A DNA stretch of 32,000 nucleotides from Pseudodesulfovibrio mercurii. GTDB lineage: Bacteria > Desulfobacterota > Desulfovibrionia > Desulfovibrionales > Desulfovibrionaceae. Below are positions 1-7,305 of this stretch, piece after piece. The stretch is from NCBI RefSeq assembly GCF_000189295.2, contig NC_016803.1, positions 1,440,001 to 1,472,000 on the forward strand. The letters are read 5' to 3'. The notes beneath the pieces are model-generated. The model saw only the letters and a program-made list of their open reading frames with translations. It was not told where the DNA came from and searched no databases. Position numbers and translations under genes: made by a program. Every line of letters begins with the position of its first letter. Position 1 is the first letter of the stretch.

Positions 1-1
1 G

Positions 2-487
2 GTTCTCGGTTCCCTGGCCTACAGCCTGCCCTTCGGGGTTCTGCCCATGCGCGCCGCCTTCGAGAAGATCGATCCCGGCATCGTGGAGGCGGCCCGCTGC
101 TCGGGCATGACCCACGTCCAGGCCTTCCGCCACGTCATCCTGCCCAACGCCATGGGCGGGGTCACAGCCTCGGCCGCGCTCATCTTCGCGCACACCGTGG
201 GCGAGTTCGGCGTGGCCCTGATGCTCGGCGGGTCCATCCCCGGCCGGACCAAGGTGGCCTCCATCGCCATCTTCGAACACACCGAGTCCCTGGAATACGG
301 CCAGGCGGGCATGCTCTCCCTGGCCCTGCTGGTCGTGAGCTACGCGACCCTGCTTTTCATCGGACGCCACGGCCTGGCCGGACGCCCCGCACCCGCAAGG
401 ACCCCGGCGGACGTCCGGTCCCGCCGCCGCGCCTTTCAAGATACCCAGAGAGGTTTCCATGCAGACCATATCCACGCAGTACGGTGA
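2..487 (+). CDS. modB: Molybdate ABC transporter permease, C-terminal part (5' end lies outside the window)
   Basis: Frame 2 is open from the window edge; VLGSLAYSLPFGVLP precedes the first Met at 47. RAAFEKIDPGIVEAARCSGMTHVQAFRHVILPNAMGG...AHTVGEFGVALMLGGSIPGRTKV is the EAA loop and last TM helices of ModB/CysT-type permeases. An Arg/Pro-rich tail precedes the stop. Confidence 0.75.
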   Translation, partial: VLGSLAYSLPFGVLPMRAAFEKIDPGIVEAARCSGMTHVQAFRHVILPNAMGGVTASAALIFAHTVGEFGVALMLGGSIPGRTKVASIAIFEHTESLEYGQAGMLSLALLVVSYATLLFIGRHGLAGRPAPARTPADVRSRRRAFQDTQRGFHADHIHAVR

Positions 488-1313
488 ACTGATCCCCCAA
501 CACACCTCCGACGACTTACGCAAACGGGACATCCTGCCTGTGGAGTACCACGCCTCGGGAGTGGTCAAGTCCGTGCCCCTGGAGGAGCAGACCGTCATCG
601 TCACCCCGATCGGCGACATCCCCGCCGAGCTGGTCTCCTTCCACGAGAACGGCACCCTGAACCGCGTCTTTCCGCTGAACGGCAAGCTCTCGGGCTACTG
701 GAGCCAGGACGACGAGGCCGGGCTGTCCAGGCCCGTGACCCTGGCCACGCCCTTCGGCCCGATCCGCACCCGGATCATGAGCGTGGGGTTCTACGACGAC
801 CGCAGCCTGCGCAGCCTGACCCTGTGGCCGGGCGAGACCCTGTCCGTGCCCACCCCGGCCGGACCCATGGAGGCGCGCGTCGGTGTGAGCTTCACCCGGG
901 ACGGCCGGGTACGATCCCTGGAACCGGCCAAACCCACCGTCGTGCCCACCCGGGCGGGCGAGATGACCGCCTTCGATCCCGACGCCGTGGGCGTGAACGG
1001 AGACGTCAATTCCCTGGTCTTCGACGATGAGGGGAAGGTCTGCCGGGTGATCACCACCCTGACCAAGTTGACCGTGGTCCACCCGGACGGGCACACCGTG
1101 TGCCACGTCCCGGAACACCGGGAGAGCCTGTGCAGCGAGGCCGAACAGGAGGTGGTGCCCATGTGCGTGGAGTTCGACAGCGAGACGGTGCGCATCCGGA
1201 CCAACCCGGACAATGCGCCCCTGGTCCTGCCCGTGGAGGGACACGTCTTCTTCGCCGAGCCCTACCTGCCGCAGCTGGCCAATCCCTTCGTGGAGCTGCA
1301 CTGCTCCATCTAG
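459..1313 (+). CDS. Hypothetical protein built from about six degenerate 35-45 aa repeats
   Basis: The ATG is preceded by AGAGAGG and the ORF overlaps the modB tail by 29 nt. Repeats include VSFHENGTLNRV, VGFYDDRSLRSL, VSFTRDGRVRSL, LVFDDEGKVCRV and VEFDSETVRIRT. I recognise no catalytic motif. Confidence 0.6.
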   Translation: MQTISTQYGELIPQHTSDDLRKRDILPVEYHASGVVKSVPLEEQTVIVTPIGDIPAELVSFHENGTLNRVFPLNGKLSGYWSQDDEAGLSRPVTLATPFGPIRTRIMSVGFYDDRSLRSLTLWPGETLSVPTPAGPMEARVGVSFTRDGRVRSLEPAKPTVVPTRAGEMTAFDPDAVGVNGDVNSLVFDDEGKVCRVITTLTKLTVVHPDGHTVCHVPEHRESLCSEAEQEVVPMCVEFDSETVRIRTNPDNAPLVLPVEGHVFFAEPYLPQLANPFVELHCSI

Positions 1314-1317
1314 GCGG

Positions 1318-2382
1318 CTATTCCAGGCCCTGCTGCATCATGAACCGGAACACGGTCTCCACGAACTTGCCGGAGACCACGTCCGCCAGGGCGAAGTGCG
1401 GCATGTCGCCGGTCACCATGGCCCCGGTGTAGGCGAACCAGATTTCCGCCGAGATCTTGCCCAGGGCGGGGGTGATCAGCGTGCCCCACAGCCCTCCCGC
1501 GTCGCTCTGGTCCAGGCCGAAGGCGCGGCACTGGATGGGCCGGTGCTCGAAAAGCCGGCACTTGCCGTCGTCGAGCAGGGGGCAGACCGAGCCGGACTCG
1601 GACAGGCAGTACTCCCCGTCCTCCCCGTCGCCCAGGTCGCGGACCGCCCTGCGCTCGGCCTGGGCTGCGGCCACGGCCCGCTCAATGACCTTGAGGCGCT
1701 CCTCGCCGGACAGCTTCTGGTTGATGCGGTGGGAGATGTACACGGCCTCGGCCAGGGTCAGGGAGACCGGGGTGGTGCAGCACTGGCTGTGATCCAGGCC
1801 GCAGGCCAGGCCGTTGACCGCCTGGCCGCTCTCATCCACCCGCTGGACCAGCTCCATGTAATCGTTGAAGAAGGGCGACAGGTCCACCAGCCGCTTGAAT
1901 TCCAGGGACGGCTCGCGCACGGTCAGCTGGCCGGACTGCTTGCCGTACTTGCGGATGGTCCGCCACTGGACGAAGTTGGCGGGCTTGCTCTTGAGCTTCT
2001 TGAGGGCCTTCCCCGCGAGCTTGTGGCCCAGGCCGCGCCGCAGGAGATAGGCGTTAAGCACCGTGCCGGTCCGGCCGATGCCGTGGCGGCAGTGGATGAG
2101 CACCTTCTTGCCCAGGTAGATGGCCTCGTCGAGCCACTCCAGGGTCTTTTCCAGCTCGATCAGGCCCGGCGCCTCCTCGTCCTCCAGCGGCAGGTAGCGG
2201 ACCTCGAAGCCCGCGCCCTTCTCGATGTCGTGCAGGTCGCAGAACTCGCCGCACAGGTTGAGGATGGCGTCCACGCCCTGGGCGCGGATGGCCTCCAGTT
2301 GGGGATAGCTCATGGGCGCGCTGCCCACGCCGAGCTGGTCCGTGACCCAAGTGACCTTGTAGGCGAGATCGGTATCAGCCAT
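1318..2382 (-). CDS. Dual-specificity (Cys-based) protein/substrate phosphatase fused to a CxxCxxCC (YkgJ/UPF0153-type) putative Zn/Fe-binding domain
   Basis: P-loop VLIHCRHGIGRTG (HCxxGxxR) with an upstream acidic loop LPLEDEEAP. The C-terminal half has ACGLDHSQCC and CPLLDDGKCRLFEHRPIQCRAF, typical of the YkgJ family. The start overlaps the upstream stop (ATGGCTGA). Confidence 0.8.
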   Translation of the reverse strand: MADTDLAYKVTWVTDQLGVGSAPMSYPQLEAIRAQGVDAILNLCGEFCDLHDIEKGAGFEVRYLPLEDEEAPGLIELEKTLEWLDEAIYLGKKVLIHCRHGIGRTGTVLNAYLLRRGLGHKLAGKALKKLKSKPANFVQWRTIRKYGKQSGQLTVREPSLEFKRLVDLSPFFNDYMELVQRVDESGQAVNGLACGLDHSQCCTTPVSLTLAEAVYISHRINQKLSGEERLKVIERAVAAAQAERRAVRDLGDGEDGEYCLSESGSVCPLLDDGKCRLFEHRPIQCRAFGLDQSDAGGLWGTLITPALGKISAEIWFAYTGAMVTGDMPHFALADVVSGKFVETVFRFMMQQGLE

Positions 2383-4828
2383 CGCGCGACTCCGCGTCCC
2401 CGATGAACCGCTCGACCTCGGCGTCCACCTGTTCCTCGCTGTCCAGGCGCATGTCCATGAGCCGGGTCACGGCCATGAGGTAGCCCAGCCGCATGAGCAG
2501 TCGCCGGATGTCGTTCTCGGGCAGCCGGGCGCACTTGGCGTCGATCATGTCGCCCCGCGTGGCCGTCTCGAACCCGTAGCGGTCCAGGACCCGGCGGATG
2601 AACTCCAGCCGCAGGAGGCGCTGGTCGAAGCCCGCGCCGCCCCCCTTGAAGCGGAAATTGATGTAGTTGGCCCCCTGTTCCGGCCCGCAGATGGCATCCA
2701 CCACCGAGAAATGGTAGCCGAAGCGGACCATCAGATGCAGGTAGTCCGTGGAGATCAGCCCGTAGCTGGCCAGCAGCTTGGAATCGAAGCTGAAGATGCC
2801 GCCCGAGACCTTGTCGAACTCCTCCCAGTCCATGGCCGTCAGCCGCGAGGGCCACTGGACGCGCTCGTCGGACAGCCCGTACCAAAGGGCCCACATGGGA
2901 CCGCACTTGATGTCCTGGGGCGAGACGGTCTTGCCCTCGCCCGCGTTGGCGAAGAAGCCGCCGCCCAGGTCCAGGACGTACATGACCAGGGGCAGGCTGG
3001 TCTCCAGCCGCTTGGCCGAGTGCATGCCCCGCCCCTTCTTGTCCATGACGGCGAACATCTCGTTGACCGACTTCTCGTGGCAGAAGCGGACCACGTCGTG
3101 CAGGGACTTGCAGCCCATGGGGGTGAAGTCCTCGTCCTGAGGATCTGTCAGGTTCAGACGCACGGTCAGGGGCGCGACCTTGGCGTACTGGGCGATAACC
3201 CGCTCCGAGACCTGGCGGCCCTCCCGCGCGCGGGTCATGATCGCTTCCACGCAGCCGTCGTAGACGGCCCCGCCCGTGCCGTCCACGGTGACCAGCTGGC
3301 CGGGCTCGAGCCGGGCCTTGATGTCGCCGACCACCACGGGCACGCCCGATTCGCGGGCCACCGAGGCGAAATGGCTGGCCCGGCTGCCCGTGGCCGAGAT
3401 GACCCCGTTCATCCGGCCGATGAAGGTCAGCAGCGACGGCTTGAGGCTCGGGGTGACGACCACGGCCCCCTCGGGAATCTGGGCGATGCGCTCGCCCGTG
3501 GAGGCGAAATACACGGTGCCGCAGCCCGCGCCCGTGGAGGCGCGCTCCAACCCCTCGGCGATGGGACGCGTGGACACGGGCAGGGGGGCGTGCCCGGCCT
3601 GGGCCTCCTCGCGCTCCTCCTGGAGCGGGCGGGTCTGGAGGATGTACAGCTCGCCGGTGACGTCCTCGGCCCACTCGATGTCCTGGGGCCGCCCGAAGGC
3701 CTCCTCCAACCGCATGGCCAGCCGGCCCAGGCGGACCAGGGACGCCTCCGAGGGCAGGCCGCCCGCGTCCGGGGTGCAGCTCGTGTCCAGGCGCGGGGTC
3801 TCGTGGCGGGTCAGCACGGCCTTGTCCGGCGAGGTGGACCCGTCCACCAGGCCGTGGCCCAGGCCGTGCACGCCGTAAACGCCCATGGCCTCGCCCCCCC
3901 GGCAGTCCGGGTCGCGGGAGTAGAGCACTCCCGCGGTGTCCGCATCGACCATGGGGATGACCAGCACGGCCATGGCCGTCTCGCTGTCGGTCAGCCCGTT
4001 GGAGATGCGGTAGGCCACGGCGCGGGGGCAGTACTTGCCCGCCAGGACGCGTTTGTAGGCTTCGAGCACGTCGTTGGGCTGGACGTTCAGCTCCGAGGCG
4101 TACTGCCCGGCGAAGGATATCTCGCCGTCCTCGGCCAGGGCGCTGGAACGGACCGCGATGAGGTCGTCGCCGTCGATGATCTCCGAGACCCCGAAGCGGA
4201 TGCCCCGGGCGATCTCCTCCGGGACCTCGGCGGCCAGGATGAGCTCCTGCATCTCGGCGGTCAGCCGGGCCAGCAGGTCGCGGTCGCCCACGACCATCTG
4301 CCGCAGCCGCTTTTCGATCTCCTCGCCCAGGCCGTTGAAGTCGATGAAGTAGTTGAAGGCGTTGGCCGTGACCACGAAGCCGGGCGGCACCGGGATGCCC
4401 TCCAGGCTCTTGGCCCGCCCCAGGTTGGAGGCCTTGCCGCCCGCAAGCCTGGGCAGGGCGCCGGCCTCCTCCAGGGAGAGGATGTACGGCGGGCCCACCT
4501 CGGGCTGCTCCAGCTCGAGCGCCATGCGCACGTAGAAGTCGATCTTGCGGAAGTACTCGGGCAGGTCCATGTACCGGGTCGGGTTCATCTCCACCAGCTG
4601 TCCGGCCATGGTGGCCACGGCCGCGGACAAGCGGTTGGTCATCCAGACCGCGCGCTGGCGATCGGCCAGCCGCTTGCCGTAGAACATCTCCTCCAGGTCG
4701 GCGATCAGTTCCAGGGCCACGGCGTCGTGGGCAAGCAGGGACTTGAAGGCCTCGTACTTGCGCCGGAGCAGGGTGCCCGGAGCGAATACCTGGTAGGTCC
4801 AGTGCCTGAAGAGCTGTTTGAGATACAT
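2375..4828 (-). CDS. PEP/pyruvate-binding-domain dikinase family protein (PPDK_N ATP-grasp domain plus phospho-His swivel domain), substrate unknown
   Basis: LAGGKASNLGRAKSLEGIPVPPGFVVT, IAVRSSALAEDG and DIEWAEDVTGELYILQTRP mark the nucleotide-binding domain. GVISATGSRASHFASVARESGVPVVVG is the mobile domain with the catalytic His. About 120 aa at the N terminus and about 290 aa at the C terminus are unassigned. Confidence 0.85.
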   Translation of the reverse strand: MYLKQLFRHWTYQVFAPGTLLRRKYEAFKSLLAHDAVALELIADLEEMFYGKRLADRQRAVWMTNRLSAAVATMAGQLVEMNPTRYMDLPEYFRKIDFYVRMALELEQPEVGPPYILSLEEAGALPRLAGGKASNLGRAKSLEGIPVPPGFVVTANAFNYFIDFNGLGEEIEKRLRQMVVGDRDLLARLTAEMQELILAAEVPEEIARGIRFGVSEIIDGDDLIAVRSSALAEDGEISFAGQYASELNVQPNDVLEAYKRVLAGKYCPRAVAYRISNGLTDSETAMAVLVIPMVDADTAGVLYSRDPDCRGGEAMGVYGVHGLGHGLVDGSTSPDKAVLTRHETPRLDTSCTPDAGGLPSEASLVRLGRLAMRLEEAFGRPQDIEWAEDVTGELYILQTRPLQEEREEAQAGHAPLPVSTRPIAEGLERASTGAGCGTVYFASTGERIAQIPEGAVVVTPSLKPSLLTFIGRMNGVISATGSRASHFASVARESGVPVVVGDIKARLEPGQLVTVDGTGGAVYDGCVEAIMTRAREGRQVSERVIAQYAKVAPLTVRLNLTDPQDEDFTPMGCKSLHDVVRFCHEKSVNEMFAVMDKKGRGMHSAKRLETSLPLVMYVLDLGGGFFANAGEGKTVSPQDIKCGPMWALWYGLSDERVQWPSRLTAMDWEEFDKVSGGIFSFDSKLLASYGLISTDYLHLMVRFGYHFSVVDAICGPEQGANYINFRFKGGGAGFDQRLLRLEFIRRVLDRYGFETATRGDMIDAKCARLPENDIRRLLMRLGYLMAVTRLMDMRLDSEEQVDAEVERFIGDAESRDG

Positions 4829-4863
4829 GGATCGTCCTTGGCTGTACGGTGTGATTCGCGCCG

Positions 4864-5229
4864 CTATTCCCCGTCTCCGAGGACCTCGGCCACCTTGGCC
4901 TCCAGCTCCTCCTTGTTGATGGGCTTGACGCAGTATTCCTGGGCCCCGAGCCGCAGGGACTCGCGGGCGGTCTCCAGGGTGGGATAGCCGGTCAGCATGA
5001 TGGCCTTCATGTCCGGGTTGACCTTCTTGAGTTCCTCCAGGGCCTCCACCCCGGTCATCTTCTTGAGCTTGATGTCGAGGATGGCCAAGTCGATGGCCGT
5101 GGACGCCGCGTGCTTCAGGGCGTCCTCCTCCTCGGTGAAGTTCCAGACCTTGTGGCCCTTGCGCTCCAGGATGCGCTTGACCAGCATCCCGGCGTCGGAG
5201 ATATCGTCCAGTACCAATATATTCGCCAT
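4864..5229 (-). CDS. Stand-alone CheY-like response regulator receiver (no output domain)
   Basis: 121 aa. NILVLDD acidic pocket, phospho-acceptor context DLAILDIKL, then IMLTGY and CVKP (conserved T and K positions). Confidence 0.9.
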   Translation of the reverse strand: MANILVLDDISDAGMLVKRILERKGHKVWNFTEEEDALKHAASTAIDLAILDIKLKKMTGVEALEELKKVNPDMKAIMLTGYPTLETARESLRLGAQEYCVKPINKEELEAKVAEVLGDGE

Positions 5230-5232
5230 GAC

Positions 5233-7299
5233 CTACTCCTTTTCGGTCTCCCCGCTGTCCGGACCCTCGTGGTCCAGCGGGAGGTTCACTTCAAAAACCG
5301 TTCCGCCGCCCTCGGCCCCGCCCCGCGCCTGGGGGGGGAAGCCGAAGTCCTCGGGGACAGGGCTGGCGGCGTGGATATCGCCGCCGTGGTCCTCGATGAT
5401 CCCGAAGGAGACGGACAGCCCCAGACCGGTACCCTTGTCCACCGCCTTGGTGCTGAAGAACGGGTCGAAAATCTTCTTGAGCGCCTCCTCGGCGATGCCC
5501 GAGCCGTTGTCGGCCACCCACAGGGAGACGATGCCGCCCGGCGTGTCCAGCCGGGTGCGGATGAGGATGGTCCCGCCCTGGCCGCCCATGGCGTCGCGCG
5601 AGTTGGTCAGCAGGTTGATCCAGACCTGCTTGAGCTTCTCGGGGTCGCCGTAGATGATCGGGTAGCGGTCGTCGAGCTGGGTGACGATCTCCACCTTGTC
5701 GAGCTCCAGGGTGTGGCGCACCAGGGAGACCGCCTCCATGACCGAGTTGTTGAAGCACATCTCGCGCTTGGCGGACTGGGTCTGGCGGGAGAAGCCGAGC
5801 AGGTCGGCCACGATCTTCTTGCAGACCTGGGTCTGCTTCTCGATGATGGCCAGGTCCTGGTGGATCTGGCTGCCCGCCTCCACGTCCTCCTGCAACAGCT
5901 GGGCGTATCCCAGGATGATGCCGAGCGGGGTGTTGATCTCGTGGGCCACGCCGCCCGCGAGCAGCCCCAGTGACTCCATCTTCTGGGCCTGGATGAGCTG
6001 GTTCTCGTAGCGCTTGATGTCCGAGATGTCGCGGTCGGTCCGCAACAGGCCGTCGATGCGCCCCTCGTCGTTGAAGACCGGCACGCAGACCACGTGGAAC
6101 CAGTGCTCGCCGCCGCCGGTCTCGACCATGAGCTGGGTGTCCAGCCGCCGCCCGGACTGGAGGATGTCGCGGGCCGCCATGTGGCGCTTTTCGGCCTCGG
6201 CCTCGGGAAAGAGGTCGAAGTCGGTCTTGCCCTCGATCTCGGCCAGGGACATGCCCACGGACTCGGCGAAGCTCTTGTTGCACCCCCGGTAGCGCATGGT
6301 CGCGTCCACCAGGGAGACGCGGTCCGGGGAGACGTCCAGGATGGTCCGGGTCAGCCGCTGCTGGTCGCGCAGATTGCGCTCGGCGTCGCGCAGCTCCCCG
6401 ATGTGGCTCTTGAGGGTCATGGCCATGACGTCGAAGGTCTCGGCCAGGTCCTGAATCTCGTCGCCCGCGTTCTCGCGGTAGACCGGGCAATGGCGGCAGG
6501 ACTGCAGGCGGCACTGGAAGTTGCCCTCGTTGTTGCAGTCCGGGCACATGGTCCCGGCAATGTACCAGCAGCGCCGCCGGGTCTCGCCGTAGGCCGGGCA
6601 CTGGGGGGTGTTGCACTGCTGCTTCTCCCAGCAGTGGACGCCCCAGGTGGGGCCGGAAATGGTGTCCAGGTTGCCGGTCAGCATGTCCTCGGCGTGGGAG
6701 CGCAGCAGGGCCAGCCGGGCGGTCACGCGCCGGGCGAAGACCGTGCCGAGCGACGTGGCCAGGAACAGGGCCCCGGCGAACAGTCCGGCCATGAGGGTCA
6801 GCTGGCGCTGCACGGCCATCTGGATGCGCGACTGGGACAGGCCGATGCGCACGGTCCCGAGCCGCCCGTCCGAGACCAGGACCGGGGCCGCGAAGTCGTA
6901 GATGCGCCGCGAGCCGTCGGCCAGGAGCTGGATGTTCAGGGACTTGCCCGTGGCCACCTTGTTGGCGTCGATGAGGTCCACCGGGAACCCCTTCTGGAAG
7001 GTGTGGACCATGACGTAGCCGCTCTTGTCCTGGACAAAGGCGTAGATGACGTCCTCCACCGTGGACTGCTCGTCGACCATGTTCTTGAGCCGCAGGAAGT
7101 CGCGGGCGAGCATGGGGTCCACGGCGCGCACGGACAGCCCCTCGGCCAGGGCCGAGCCGCGCTTCTTGCTCTCCTCCACCAGGGAACTGGCGCTCATGCT
7201 GCCGACGAGCGGCAGGAGCAGCACGGCCATGCCCACCAGGATGGCGGACATGCCCAGGTTGAGCTTGGTGCGGAATCTGAGGCGGGGAAAGAAGCGCAT
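5233..7299 (-). CDS. Sensor histidine kinase: TM - extracytoplasmic domain - TM - HAMP with a 9-Cys insert - PAS - HisKA - HATPase
   Basis: Hydrophobic segments at aa 17-35 and 167-188. H-box GVAHEINTPL. N/G boxes NLLTNSRDAM, DNGSGI and GTGLGLS. Cys-rich segment at aa 223-271. Confidence 0.9.
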   Translation of the reverse strand: MRFFPRLRFRTKLNLGMSAILVGMAVLLLPLVGSMSASSLVEESKKRGSALAEGLSVRAVDPMLARDFLRLKNMVDEQSTVEDVIYAFVQDKSGYVMVHTFQKGFPVDLIDANKVATGKSLNIQLLADGSRRIYDFAAPVLVSDGRLGTVRIGLSQSRIQMAVQRQLTLMAGLFAGALFLATSLGTVFARRVTARLALLRSHAEDMLTGNLDTISGPTWGVHCWEKQQCNTPQCPAYGETRRRCWYIAGTMCPDCNNEGNFQCRLQSCRHCPVYRENAGDEIQDLAETFDVMAMTLKSHIGELRDAERNLRDQQRLTRTILDVSPDRVSLVDATMRYRGCNKSFAESVGMSLAEIEGKTDFDLFPEAEAEKRHMAARDILQSGRRLDTQLMVETGGGEHWFHVVCVPVFNDEGRIDGLLRTDRDISDIKRYENQLIQAQKMESLGLLAGGVAHEINTPLGIILGYAQLLQEDVEAGSQIHQDLAIIEKQTQVCKKIVADLLGFSRQTQSAKREMCFNNSVMEAVSLVRHTLELDKVEIVTQLDDRYPIIYGDPEKLKQVWINLLTNSRDAMGGQGGTILIRTRLDTPGGIVSLWVADNGSGIAEEALKKIFDPFFSTKAVDKGTGLGLSVSFGIIEDHGGDIHAASPVPEDFGFPPQARGGAEGGGTVFEVNLPLDHEGPDSGETEKE

Positions 7300-7305
7300 G
7301 CCCGC

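Noticed and set aside
2711-4987. 758-aa plus-strand ORF antisense to the dikinase. Similar cases: 6094-8391 (+), 9050-10840 (+), 1213-2406 (+), 19133-20407 (-), 21403-22833 (-), 27825-29687 (+), 27976-29607 (-)
   Set aside because: Each lies antisense to, or in an alternate frame of, a gene with strong family motifs. Compositions are dominated by Gly/Ala/Arg/Pro/Asp/His with no recognisable domains, which is the expected stop-codon-poor frame behaviour in high-GC DNA.
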